From an uncultured Pelagibacteraceae bacterium (GTDB lineage Bacteria > Pseudomonadota > Alphaproteobacteria > Pelagibacterales > Pelagibacteraceae), in NCBI GenBank assembly GCA_902524995.1, contig CABZFJ010000004.1, positions 7,560-71,559 of the forward strand: 64,000 bases of DNA. Reading direction: 5' to 3'. Below the pieces are notes generated by a model, which was not told the DNA's origin, searched no databases, and worked only from the letters and a program-made list of their open reading frames with translations. This document shows, in pieces, positions 32,150 to 44,680 of this stretch; within the stretch, counting starts at the first letter, position 1; each line of letters begins with the position of its first letter. Position numbers and translations under genes: made by a program.

Positions 32150-33069
32150 AATTTCTTTAATAAAATATTTCTAAATCTTTTTTCTTTTTCAATTTTTAAC
32201 TCTATTTTTAAAAATTGGATATTTTTTTTTTGTATTTTAGACAATCGATTGTAGTCTTTCTCTGTTGTTATAATTTTCAACTTATTACTCTTAGCTATAT
32301 TTTTTATGTTGTTTATATCAGAATTTTTATATTTATAATGGTCAGGAAAAGTTATTACTTTTTTTATTTTAAATTTGTATTTTTTTAATGTTTGTTGAAA
32401 TTCCAAAGGGTTGCCTATGCCAGAAAAAACTAGAAAGTTGTCCTTAAATTTAAAAGACTTAAGATTGTTTGGAAAATATTTTGCTCTAAAAACTTTTATA
32501 TTTGGATTTAATCTTTTTAGAGTTTTTTCAAATCCTTTATTATTTCTTTCTCCATTTAGAAATGCAATATCATAATCTAAAATATTTGTAATTCTTTCTC
32601 TAAGAGGGCCAGCAGGTAAAACTAGGCCATTTCCAACTAGTTCCGAACTATTAAAGCAAGCAATAGAAATATCATAATTTAAACTTTTATCTTGTAAACC
32701 ATCATCTAAAATAGCTAATTGATATTTTTTTTGCTCAGCAATTCTAAGTGCGATATCTCTAAAACTTAAACAGATTAGATTTCCATATTTTGATAAAATA
32801 TTTTGTTCATCAATTTGATCAATATATTTTTTTTTTATAAATACAGTTTTAAACTTGTATTTTAATATTTCATTTATTTTTAAAACTAAAGGTGTTTTTC
32901 CTGTTCCTCCCAGATAAATATTTCCAACACAAATTGTTTTTATTTTGAAATATTTTCGTAACCTTAAAGATTTAAAAAAATTATAAATTATTGTTATGAA
33001 ACTAAGTGGAATGAGTAAAAGTGATATGAAATTGAAACTATCCCAAAAAATGGGTCTTTTTACTTTCAT
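32146..33069 (-). CDS. lpxK: Tetraacyldisaccharide 4'-kinase
   Basis: VGNIYLGGTGKTP, LDDGLQ, LPAGPLRE, FPDHY, TTEKD. Confidence 0.95.
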   Translation of the reverse strand: MKVKRPIFWDSFNFISLLLIPLSFITIIYNFFKSLRLRKYFKIKTICVGNIYLGGTGKTPLVLKINEILKYKFKTVFIKKKYIDQIDEQNILSKYGNLICLSFRDIALRIAEQKKYQLAILDDGLQDKSLNYDISIACFNSSELVGNGLVLPAGPLRERITNILDYDIAFLNGERNNKGFEKTLKRLNPNIKVFRAKYFPNNLKSFKFKDNFLVFSGIGNPLEFQQTLKKYKFKIKKVITFPDHYKYKNSDINNIKNIAKSNKLKIITTEKDYNRLSKIQKKNIQFLKIELKIEKEKRFRNILLKKL

Positions 33070-34298
33070 TGTAAATAATTTTTAATTTCTTTAAAGTTAT
33101 TTTCAAATATTTTAGTGCCTAAATAATTAATTTTATTGAGTTTACTATTTGATGTTTTGTAATTATGATTTTTTACAAATACTTTCTCCATTTGCTCAAT
33201 TTTTTTAACCTCAGAGGATATTTTTAATTTTTTTAATTCTTTATATATCTCCTTGAAATTATCTACTTTTTTACCATGCATCACGTAATTACCCATTCTT
33301 ACAGCTTCCAACGGGTTTTGTCCTCCATGGTTTACCATAGACCCTCCAATAAATGTCACATTTGAAAGTTTCAAAAATTTTGACATTTCTCCATAAGTAT
33401 TAACGATATATACATCACAATCAGCTGATGGCTTAAGTCCGTTTGATCTTACATCAACTATTAGTTTTAACTTTATAAGCTCTTGCATTATTTTCCCTGA
33501 TCTATTTATATGTCGTGGAATTAATATTGTTATTAAATTCTTAAACTTTTTTTTCAATTTTAAATGTAATTTTCCGATGATTTTTTCCTCATTAAAATGA
33601 GTGCTGGCTGCACAGAATACTTTTCTATTTTTAAAATATTTTTTAACATTTTTCTTCAAACTTTGTTTATCATTTTTAAAATACTTTAAATTTCCTATAT
33701 ATTTAATTTTTTTAACTCCCAGTACTCTTAAATATTTTTTTGTTTCTTGATTCTGTGGTAAGGCAATAGTTATTTTATTGAAAACATCTTTTGCAAAAGA
33801 TGGAAAGATTTGCCATCTTGTAAAACTTTTATTAGTTATTCTGGCATTAATTAAAATAAGGGGAATTTTTTTTAAGTTTATTTTTTTGTACATATTTGGC
33901 CAAACCTCAGAGTCTACAAATATTGCAATTTTTGGATTCCAAATATTTAAAAAGTTATTACATATAAATCCAATATCAAATGGATAGTAAATATGAGTTG
34001 TTTTCTTGAATGATTTTTTTGCTATTATTGATGCTGAACTTAGTGTTGAAGATGTAAGTAAAATTTTCTTGATTTTTTTATCTTTTTCAAATTCATTTAT
34101 CAAAGGAAGGACGCTCATGATTTCGCCTACACTTGCACCATGAAACCATACAGAAATATTAGATTTTTTTTTGGTATAATAGCAATATTTCTCTAAGATT
34201 CTTTTTAAATCTTCCTTTCCATTTATTGCTCTAAAAATTAGTATAAACGGTGAAATCAAAAAAAAAATAATTCCCAATATATTATATAAAAAAAACAT
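33066..34298 (-). CDS. waaA: Kdo transferase
   Basis: WFHGASVGE, SEVWPN, AASTH..EE, PRH, GGQNPLE. Confidence 0.94.
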   Translation of the reverse strand: MFFLYNILGIIFFLISPFILIFRAINGKEDLKRILEKYCYYTKKKSNISVWFHGASVGEIMSVLPLINEFEKDKKIKKILLTSSTLSSASIIAKKSFKKTTHIYYPFDIGFICNNFLNIWNPKIAIFVDSEVWPNMYKKINLKKIPLILINARITNKSFTRWQIFPSFAKDVFNKITIALPQNQETKKYLRVLGVKKIKYIGNLKYFKNDKQSLKKNVKKYFKNRKVFCAASTHFNEEKIIGKLHLKLKKKFKNLITILIPRHINRSGKIMQELIKLKLIVDVRSNGLKPSADCDVYIVNTYGEMSKFLKLSNVTFIGGSMVNHGGQNPLEAVRMGNYVMHGKKVDNFKEIYKELKKLKISSEVKKIEQMEKVFVKNHNYKTSNSKLNKINYLGTKIFENNFKEIKNYLQ

Positions 34299-36040
34299 TA
34301 ATTATTTTTAATTTGCCTTTCATAAAAATTTTTATAGAGCGACGAATTTATGATAAGGTCATCATGTTTCCCTGAAGACTCCACTGATCCTTTATCTATA
34401 ACATAAATTTTTTCTGAATTTAGAATTGTTGATAGTCTATGTGCAATAACAATGGTTGTCTTATTTTTTGTCAATTCCTCTATAGCCTTTTGTATTTTTT
34501 CCTCTGTTTCAGAATCAAGTGACGATGTAGCTTCGTCTAAAAGTATTATTTTGCTATTTTTTAACAATGCTCTAGCGATCGAAAGTCTTTGTTTCTCCCC
34601 TCCAGATAATTTCACTCCATTTTCTCCTATTACAGTCTGAAATTTATTATCTAGTTTTTCAATAAAATCAGTGCACATTGATATTTTTGCAGCTTTAAAA
34701 ATTTCTTCGTCATTTGCATCTGGTTTTGCGTACTTAATGTTATTAAAAATGGTATCATCAAATAGAGTAGTATTTTGATCAACTATAGATATTTCTTTTC
34801 TTAATGAATTAAGATTTAAGCCTTTTATCTTTTGATTATCAATTGTGATTTCGCCTGAATCAGCATCATAAATTCTAGGTATCAAATTTAATAAAGTAGA
34901 TTTGCCAGATCCACTGTGACCAACTAAAGCTGTCATTTTTTTTCCAACTATATCCATATTAATATTTTTAAGGACAATATTTTTAAGATTTGATTTGTAG
35001 CTAAAGTTAATATTTTTAAATTCTATTGAAGCATCTTTTATTGCCAATGAATTTCCATTTTCATTAACTAATATTGTATTTTGTTGATCTATAATAGGCA
35101 GTATTCTTTTTCCAGCAGATAAACCTTGACCAAAAGCAACATTCACATTTGCCAAGGATTTAACTGGTTGATATGCAAGCATCATAGCTGCTAAAAAAGA
35201 AAAGAAATTATTTATACTCAATTGGTCATTCATAATTAATTTACCAGAATAGAAAATTAATATTGCAATCATAAATCCAGTTACAACTTCCATAATAGGT
35301 GTTGATCTTATAAATACACTGTGAATTTTTATTGTTTTTTCTTTTAGCTCATTTACAAATTTTTCAGATCTTTCATTTTCATAACTTTCTCTTTGAAAAA
35401 TTTTTATAATTTTATGGTTTTTAAAAAGATCAATTAAATATTTGTTTAAATCACCAGATTTTTCCTGTGCTTCTGTTGCAACTTTTACAATACGTTTGCC
35501 TAACTTTTTAGCAGTAATTGATGCTATAGGAAGCATTATCAAGGCTATAAGAGAAAGCTTCCAATTTTGTAAGAACATTACAAATAATAAACCAATAAGC
35601 GTTAATCCATCTTTAAATAAGTTTAAAACCGCATTACTTAACATGCCAGTTATTTGATTTACATCAAAGTTTAAATTTGAAATATATTTCCCTGAATGTT
35701 TATCTTCAATTTTTTCAGTGTCAGACTTTATAAAAGAAGACAGCATATCAATTTGAATATTCTTTTTGACTTCTTCAGCAGTTTTTATCATTAAAATTTT
35801 AGCAACATATAGGGATATTCCTTTTGTTGCAAAAGCTATTATGATTAAAAGTGGAATTACTAAAATTAAAGTTTCATCTTTATTTATAAAAATTTTTTCT
35901 ATTGCAGGATCAAGTAGCCACGCTGTTGCAGATGTTGCACCAGCAACTAAAATAGAAAATAATATAGCAAGTAATATTTTGTTAAGATGTTTTGTTGTAT
36001 AATCTTTATACAATCTTTTTATAATATCGATATTTTTCAT
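34298..36040 (-). CDS. msbA: Lipid A export ABC transporter (MsbA-like)
   Basis: TM domain plus GHSGSGKST, LSGGEKQR, LLDEATS; lipid A gene context. Confidence 0.88.
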   Translation of the reverse strand: MKNIDIIKRLYKDYTTKHLNKILLAILFSILVAGATSATAWLLDPAIEKIFINKDETLILVIPLLIIIAFATKGISLYVAKILMIKTAEEVKKNIQIDMLSSFIKSDTEKIEDKHSGKYISNLNFDVNQITGMLSNAVLNLFKDGLTLIGLLFVMFLQNWKLSLIALIMLPIASITAKKLGKRIVKVATEAQEKSGDLNKYLIDLFKNHKIIKIFQRESYENERSEKFVNELKEKTIKIHSVFIRSTPIMEVVTGFMIAILIFYSGKLIMNDQLSINNFFSFLAAMMLAYQPVKSLANVNVAFGQGLSAGKRILPIIDQQNTILVNENGNSLAIKDASIEFKNINFSYKSNLKNIVLKNINMDIVGKKMTALVGHSGSGKSTLLNLIPRIYDADSGEITIDNQKIKGLNLNSLRKEISIVDQNTTLFDDTIFNNIKYAKPDANDEEIFKAAKISMCTDFIEKLDNKFQTVIGENGVKLSGGEKQRLSIARALLKNSKIILLDEATSSLDSETEEKIQKAIEELTKNKTTIVIAHRLSTILNSEKIYVIDKGSVESSGKHDDLIINSSLYKNFYERQIKNN

Positions 36041-36909
36041 TAAGTTAATTTTCCCACTAACAAATTAATTAAAATAATAAGACCCAAAAAATTGTTACTT
36101 TTAAATTTTGCTAAGCAGTCTTCACCATTTTCAGTTTTTAATTTAAAAGATTGAAAAACTAACAAATGAGTTAATGGTATTATCAAAGTGATGTAGTATA
36201 AATAATTAAAATTCATTTTATAACCAACAAGAAATAATGATATTAAAAATACAATGTAACAAAACGAAATAAATTTTTTAGGGTTATTTTTAAATTTAAT
36301 CGATGTTGATTTAACTCCAATTATTTCATCATCATTAATATCTTGATATCCATATATTGTGTCGTAACCTAATGTCCAAAATGTGGCTCCTAAATAAAAT
36401 ATAATTGGTATAATTGAAAATTCATTTTGAATGGATATCCATGCTAAAACTAGACCGTAATTAAAAGTAATACCTAAAAAAAGTTGAGGCCAGTAAGTAA
36501 ATCTTTTCATAAGAGGATATGTAAAAGCCAATGGCATTGAAAGAAGAGCCAAATAAATAGTAAATTTATTAAAATTTATTAAAACTAAAAATGCAATTAA
36601 GCATAAGATTGCAGCGTATATTGCAGCATTAAATACTGAAATCTTTTCTGATGCAATTGGTCTATTTTTTGTTCTTTCTACTAACTTGTCAATTTTTCTA
36701 TCACTTATATCGTTGACAATACATCCTGCTGATCTCATCAAAACAGATCCAGAAAAAAATAAAAATGCATAAATAAAATAAGTATTCCAAGAAAGTGAAA
36801 AATCGTATGAAATTGTTAAACCCCAGACACATGGCCAAAATAGGAGCATGAAGCCTATTGGCTTATTGAGTCTTGTTAATTCAATAAAAATCTTAACCTT
36901 TTCAGACAT
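36040..36909 (-). CDS. ubiA: 4-hydroxybenzoate polyprenyltransferase
   Basis: RLNKPIG, MRSAGCIVND..DR..D, YPLMKRFT, YDTIYGYQD. Confidence 0.95.
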   Translation of the reverse strand: MSEKVKIFIELTRLNKPIGFMLLFWPCVWGLTISYDFSLSWNTYFIYAFLFFSGSVLMRSAGCIVNDISDRKIDKLVERTKNRPIASEKISVFNAAIYAAILCLIAFLVLINFNKFTIYLALLSMPLAFTYPLMKRFTYWPQLFLGITFNYGLVLAWISIQNEFSIIPIIFYLGATFWTLGYDTIYGYQDINDDEIIGVKSTSIKFKNNPKKFISFCYIVFLISLFLVGYKMNFNYLYYITLIIPLTHLLVFQSFKLKTENGEDCLAKFKSNNFLGLIILINLLVGKLT

Positions 36910-36958
36910 AATTTACTTGTAAATAACAAAGCGTAGATTCATAATCAAACTGATTCGT

Positions 36959-37366
36959 ATGAATATTGATTACACTGTTACCGCATTAATGTTTCCCGCC
37001 ATTCCTTTAATTATGGCTGTCTATAGTAACAGATTTCATACATTAAGTGGTTTGATAAGAAAAATTCACGACGAATATGTTTTTGAAAAGCATACTCCAC
37101 CAGAGTGGAAGCAGCAGCTAATTAATTTAAATGATAGAGTAAAAAATTTAAGGATTACCATACTATTTGCAGCATTTGGTTTTCTATTTAATATGCTTAC
37201 TGTTTTTGCTCTTTATTTAGAGACATACTTTTTAGCCAGAATAATCTTTGGGTCTTGTTGTTTATCGATGATGGTATCAATAATATTTTTTATAAGAGAA
37301 ATACAAATCTCGACAAGAGCGTTAAGACTTCATCTCTCAGATATGGATGATCAATTTAAGGAATAA
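36959..37366 (+). CDS. DUF2721-like membrane protein
   Basis: ALMFPAIPL...YSNRF, EIQISTRAL pattern. Confidence 0.75.
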   Translation: MNIDYTVTALMFPAIPLIMAVYSNRFHTLSGLIRKIHDEYVFEKHTPPEWKQQLINLNDRVKNLRITILFAAFGFLFNMLTVFALYLETYFLARIIFGSCCLSMMVSIIFFIREIQISTRALRLHLSDMDDQFKE

Positions 37367-38327
37367 TAACTGCTGGTCCTGTTAAAACCCTATTCTCTAA
37401 GTCTATGTGAGCTTGTTTAGCTTCGCTTAATTTATATTTTTTAGAAACCTCAATTTTAATTTTTCCTGAGAGAATTGCTTCAAAAACTAATTTAGCAGAT
37501 TTTTCTAATTCATCTCTTGTAACTGTATAATGCATTATTGATGGTCTTGTAAAAAAAAGACCTTTTGTATTTATATGTTTTTTGACATCTATAGTGTGTA
37601 CATATCCAGATGCATTTCCAAATGCTACCATCATTCCTCTAATTTTTAAACATTCTATTGATCCCTCAAAAGTCTTTGCTCCCACACCATCATAGACAAC
37701 ATCTATTCCGTTTTTACCTACTATTTTTTCAACTTCTTCCACAAAATTATGATCTGTATAATTGATAACATGATGACACCCATTTTTTTTTGCTATTTCA
37801 ACTTTTTCTTTAGATCCAACTGTTCCAATGACTTCACACCCTAAAGCATTAGCCCACTGGCACAATATTTGACCAACACCACCAGCTGCAGCATGAAATA
37901 AAACTTTATCTCCTTTTTTTACAGCATATGACCTATGTAATAAATATTCTGATGTTATGCCTTTTAGTAAAATACAAGAGGCTATTTCATCTGAAATACC
38001 CTCGGGTATGGTAACTAATTTTTCTTCTGGCATTATTTGTTTTTCAGAGTATCCACTTATTGGAGCAGATGCATGACTTACTCGATCTCCAACTTTAAAA
38101 AGACTTACTTCTGAGCCAATTTCTTCAATTACTCCAGATGCTTCTAATCCAAGTCCACTTGGTAATTCAATAGGATACAAACCTGTTCGATGATAAACAT
38201 CAATATAATTTAGTCCAACTGACAAATTTTTAACAAGAACTTCCTTTGGAGCAGGTTTACCAATTTCAATATCCTTGTATTCTAGGACTTCTGGACCTCC
38301 AAACTTTTCAAATCTTATAGCTTTCAT
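37356..38327 (-). CDS. qor: NADPH:quinone oxidoreductase (zeta-crystallin-like)
   Basis: GGPEVL, GLNYIDVYHRTGLYP, HAAAGGVG, FGNASG. Confidence 0.9.
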   Translation of the reverse strand: MKAIRFEKFGGPEVLEYKDIEIGKPAPKEVLVKNLSVGLNYIDVYHRTGLYPIELPSGLGLEASGVIEEIGSEVSLFKVGDRVSHASAPISGYSEKQIMPEEKLVTIPEGISDEIASCILLKGITSEYLLHRSYAVKKGDKVLFHAAAGGVGQILCQWANALGCEVIGTVGSKEKVEIAKKNGCHHVINYTDHNFVEEVEKIVGKNGIDVVYDGVGAKTFEGSIECLKIRGMMVAFGNASGYVHTIDVKKHINTKGLFFTRPSIMHYTVTRDELEKSAKLVFEAILSGKIKIEVSKKYKLSEAKQAHIDLENRVLTGPAVIIP

Positions 38328-38329
38328 AT

Positions 38330-39175
38330 TTACTTTACAAAATTCCCATTATGATAATCATCAATTGCTTGAAGTATTTCTTGTTTAGTATTCATGACGA
38401 ATGGGCCACCTCTTGCAATCTGTTCTCCTATCGGTTTTCCAGATATTAGTAAAAATTTAGCACTAGTTAAAGCAGTTACTTTCAAGTTTTCACCTTTAGA
38501 TAATATAATCAATGTAGAGTCTTTAATACTTTCATGCTTATTGTTTCCAATTTCTATCTCACCCTCAATTAAATATATGAATGAATTGTGTGTCGATGGA
38601 ACTTTATGACTAAAAATTTTACTCTTATTTAATTCTACATCAAAATATATTGGATCGACATTGTGTTTTTTTATTGGACCTTCTGAATTTTCAAACTTTC
38701 CAGCTATTACTTTTATAAATTTATCCTTATCCTTATGTGTGCTCATTTTATCAGAGTCAATATAAAGGTATTCTGGTTTGCTCATCTTCTGGCTAGCAGG
38801 CATATTAATCCATAATTGAAAACCGTGAAGTTTTCCGTCGTTCATAGCTGGCATTTCAGAATGAATTATACCGCTGCCAGTTTTCATCCACTGCACATCC
38901 CCTGCAGTCATTTTTCCTTGACCACCTGTACTATCTTTATGTTCAAAACTTCCAGCTAACATGTATGTAACTGTTTCAATTCCTCTGTGCGGATGAGGAG
39001 GAAATCCTGCAATATAGTCATCTTTATTTTCTGATCCAAATTCATCCAACATTAAAAATGGATCATAATAATTTGGTTCAACACCAATACTTCTTTTTAA
39101 TTTAACGCCTGCACCATCTGATGCTGGTGTTGGATCTATAATTTTTTCTACTTCGATATTTGTCATGTCTTTCAT
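38330..39175 (-). CDS. Pirin-family protein
   Basis: DPFLMLDEF, HPHRGIETVTY, GIIHSEMP, QLWIN, GPFVMN. Confidence 0.95.
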   Translation of the reverse strand: MKDMTNIEVEKIIDPTPASDGAGVKLKRSIGVEPNYYDPFLMLDEFGSENKDDYIAGFPPHPHRGIETVTYMLAGSFEHKDSTGGQGKMTAGDVQWMKTGSGIIHSEMPAMNDGKLHGFQLWINMPASQKMSKPEYLYIDSDKMSTHKDKDKFIKVIAGKFENSEGPIKKHNVDPIYFDVELNKSKIFSHKVPSTHNSFIYLIEGEIEIGNNKHESIKDSTLIILSKGENLKVTALTSAKFLLISGKPIGEQIARGGPFVMNTKQEILQAIDDYHNGNFVK

Positions 39176-39186
39176 ATAGGATATAT

Positions 39187-39849
39187 CTAAATTAAATCAA
39201 GCAATTCTGATAAATTACTTATTTGTTTTTTAGGTTCAAAATCTAATTTATCAAAAATATTATTATTTCTATTAACCCAAACAGCGTTGTATCCATAATT
39301 CCCTGCGCCAGATACATCCCATGTATTTGCACTTAAGAATAAAACTTCGTTCTTTTCAATATTATATTTATTTATTGGAAGGTCGTAAACTTTTGAATCT
39401 GGTTTAAAAATACCAACTTCTTCTACAGAAAAAATATCATCAAAAATATCTTTTAATTGATTACTAACTACAAGTTCATTTAAAAGGTCAGGTGTACCAT
39501 TTGATAGAATTGCTAATTTATAACTTGATTGTTTTAATTTCTTTAGTGCATCCTTTACTTCTGTAAATGGTGAAAGCACTTTATATAAATTTAATAGTTC
39601 AGATCTCATTGAATTATCAATATTGTAAAAATTCATCGATTTATCCAAACTATCTTCAGTGATTTGCCAAAAATCCTTATGTCTTCTCATTAAACTTCTA
39701 AGCCAAGTATATTCAAGCTGTGTAGTTCTCCAATAATTGGCAAATCCTTCCCATCTATCACCCAATCTTTCTTTACATTTTTCGGCAGCAGAATTAATAT
39801 CAAATAGAGTTCCATATGCATCAAATATGATTGCTTTAATATTTTTCAT
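39187..39849 (-). CDS. Haloacid dehalogenase type II
   Basis: FDAYGTLFD, WRTTQLEYTW, LSNG, FKPD, SANTWD. Confidence 0.92.
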   Translation of the reverse strand: MKNIKAIIFDAYGTLFDINSAAEKCKERLGDRWEGFANYWRTTQLEYTWLRSLMRRHKDFWQITEDSLDKSMNFYNIDNSMRSELLNLYKVLSPFTEVKDALKKLKQSSYKLAILSNGTPDLLNELVVSNQLKDIFDDIFSVEEVGIFKPDSKVYDLPINKYNIEKNEVLFLSANTWDVSGAGNYGYNAVWVNRNNNIFDKLDFEPKKQISNLSELLDLI

Positions 39850-39866
39850 AAATTAATTTAATTATA

Positions 39867-40565
39867 ATGAGTAATATTAGAATATTTTATCCAGAAAAAT
39901 TATCAATTAATTTAGAGACTAATTTAACTAAGTCTCAATCACATTATTTATTTAAAGTAATGAGGATTAAACAAGGAGAAACCTTTTCCGTTTTTAATAA
40001 ATCTGGAGAATGGAAGTCAATTGTAACTGAAATTTCAAAAAGTATCTTACATTTCAAGGTTATTGAACAATTGAGACAAAAAGATAAAGAGCAAGAAATT
40101 TGGTTAGCTTTCTCACCCATTAAATCAAATTATTTTAACTTCATGATACAAAAAGCAACTGAGCTTGGAGTAACAAAATTTGTTCCAATTATTTCTGAAA
40201 GGACAATTGTTAGAAAAGTAAATAATGAGAGATTTAATAAAATAATTATAGAGTCGTGTGAACAAAGTAATAGAATAAATATTCCTTCAATTGAAAAATC
40301 TCAATCATTAGATAAATTCCTGTCTAACAATTCGGATATCAATTTAATTTTTGGAGATTTAAATACGAATAATAAAAAAATTAAAATTTCTAATTCAAAA
40401 CCAAATTGTCTTTTAATTGGTCCGGAAGGCGATTATTCAGAGGGTGAAATTAAAAAGATTCTAAGTTTTAAAGGGTCTCAATCGATAAAACTAAGCGATA
40501 ACATTTTAAGGTCTGAAACTGCAGTTATATCCGCATTATCTGTTATCAATTATTTGCAAAATTGA
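39867..40565 (+). CDS. rsmE: 16S rRNA m3U1498 methyltransferase
   Basis: KVMR, QKATELGV, EQS, IGPEGD, ILRSETA. Confidence 0.94.
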   Translation: MSNIRIFYPEKLSINLETNLTKSQSHYLFKVMRIKQGETFSVFNKSGEWKSIVTEISKSILHFKVIEQLRQKDKEQEIWLAFSPIKSNYFNFMIQKATELGVTKFVPIISERTIVRKVNNERFNKIIIESCEQSNRINIPSIEKSQSLDKFLSNNSDINLIFGDLNTNNKKIKISNSKPNCLLIGPEGDYSEGEIKKILSFKGSQSIKLSDNILRSETAVISALSVINYLQN

Positions 40566-40623
40566 TAAATTGTCGCGAATTCTCTAGTATTTTTTTGATA
40601 TTTTCGATTTATATATAAATCAA

Positions 40624-43073
<2,450 letters not shown>

Positions 43074-43099
43074 TAACTTCTTAAGATATAAAAATTAAA

Positions 43100-44008
43100 A
43101 TGGCTACGACGTATACTAAAGTAAAAAAATCATACTACGAACTAGGTGTAATTCCTGAATTATTAAAGTTAATGAAGCCAAGAGTAATGTCTCTTGTTAT
43201 TTTCACTTGTGCAGTTGGTCTCTTAACAGCCCCTACATCAGTTTCATTTCAACAATCAGTAATTGGAATATTAATTGTAGCCTTTGGTGCTGGAGCAGCG
43301 GGGGCTCTTAACATGTGGTATGAAGCTGATTTAGATAAATTAATGTCTAGAACATGCCTACGTCCAATTCCAAGAGGAAAGCTGAATAGAAACCACGCAT
43401 TATATTTTGGAACATCCCTCTCAGTTATTTCTGTTATAAGCTTATACTTTGTTACAAATGCCCTATCGGCATTTCTATTATTGTTTACGATATTATTTTA
43501 CGTATTTATTTATACAATTTGGTTAAAAAGAAAAACTCCACAAAATATCGTTATCGGTGGAGCATCAGGAGCTTTACCACCAGTAATTGGATGGGCAATA
43601 GCAACAAATTCAATTTCGTTGGAGTCAATTACTTTTTTTTTAATAATTTTCTTTTGGACACCTTCGCACTTTTGGGCATTAAGCTTGTACAAAGCTGACG
43701 ATTATAAAAAAGCAGGTATTCCAATGCTTCCTGTAACTAATGGAATTCAGGACACAAAAAAGAATATTCTAATTTACTCTTTGCTAATGATACCTACTAT
43801 TATATTTCCATATTATATCGGATTTGTAAGTGAAGTATTCTTATCACTCAGTTTACTACTTACATTTTATTATAACTTAATTTGTTATCAGCTTTACAAT
43901 TATAAAGTTGGAAAATTTAACATAAAAAAAGCTAGACATATTTTTAGCTATTCAATTATTTACTTATTTTTAATATTTGTTTTTTTCTTAGTAGATAAAA
44001 TTATATGA
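43100..44008 (+). CDS. ctaB: Heme o synthase (protoheme IX farnesyltransferase)
   Basis: LMKPRVMSL, MSRT..RP, LKRKTPQNIVIGG, WTPSHFWAL. Confidence 0.95.
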   Translation: MATTYTKVKKSYYELGVIPELLKLMKPRVMSLVIFTCAVGLLTAPTSVSFQQSVIGILIVAFGAGAAGALNMWYEADLDKLMSRTCLRPIPRGKLNRNHALYFGTSLSVISVISLYFVTNALSAFLLLFTILFYVFIYTIWLKRKTPQNIVIGGASGALPPVIGWAIATNSISLESITFFLIIFFWTPSHFWALSLYKADDYKKAGIPMLPVTNGIQDTKKNILIYSLLMIPTIIFPYYIGFVSEVFLSLSLLLTFYYNLICYQLYNYKVGKFNIKKARHIFSYSIIYLFLIFVFFLVDKII

Positions 44009-44130
44009 TAATTAAAGATCAGAAATTAAAAAAGAAAAACTTATGGACAGCTGTTGGTTTAGTTGCATTTATACTTTTCTTATTCGTTTTCACACTATTT
44101 AATATCGGAGTATTTGAAAGAGCTTTATGA
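44005..44130 (+). CDS. Small single-TM protein (CoxF-like), 41 aa, not in the ORF track
   Basis: MIIKDQKLKKKNLWTAVGLVAFILFLFVFTLFNIGVFERAL; ATGA overlaps at both ends. Confidence 0.8.
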   Translation: MIIKDQKLKKKNLWTAVGLVAFILFLFVFTLFNIGVFERAL

Positions 44131-44675
44131 TTAAAAAAAATACTTTAACTCCACTAATTCTAGCAGGAATTTTTGTCTTTATGTTGGGATTATCTTTTGC
44201 AGCTGTGCCTTTGTATGATTTATTTTGTAGAGTTACAGGCTTTGGTGGAACTACACAAATATCGAAAGAGGCTCCTAATATTGTTTTAGATAAAAAAATA
44301 AATGTAAGATTGGATACCAACGTTAACAGTGCTCTTGATTGGAATTTTGATGTTGATCAAAAAACAATGGATGTACAGCCCGGCAAGGTATACAGAATTA
44401 AATTTGAAGTGGAGAATACAGGAGATGAGATTTCATCTGCAGTAGCTACATATAATGTTTCTCCATCATCGTTTGGAGCATATTTTAATAAATTAGGTTG
44501 TTTTTGCTTTGAAAAACAAACATTGAGTCCAGGGGAAAAAGCAAGTTACACATTAGTATTTTACCTAGATCCAGAATTAGTAAATGATCCTAAAACATCT
44601 AGAGTTGAAGATGTAACTATGTCATATACTTTTTTCTCATCTGCATATTATAAAAACGAAAAAAAAGAGAGTTAA
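44127..44675 (+). CDS. ctaG: Cytochrome c oxidase Cu chaperone CtaG/Cox11
   Basis: VPLYDLFCRVTGFGG, CFCFEKQ. Confidence 0.96.
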   Translation: MIKKNTLTPLILAGIFVFMLGLSFAAVPLYDLFCRVTGFGGTTQISKEAPNIVLDKKINVRLDTNVNSALDWNFDVDQKTMDVQPGKVYRIKFEVENTGDEISSAVATYNVSPSSFGAYFNKLGCFCFEKQTLSPGEKASYTLVFYLDPELVNDPKTSRVEDVTMSYTFFSSAYYKNEKKES

Positions 44676-44680
44676 AATAA

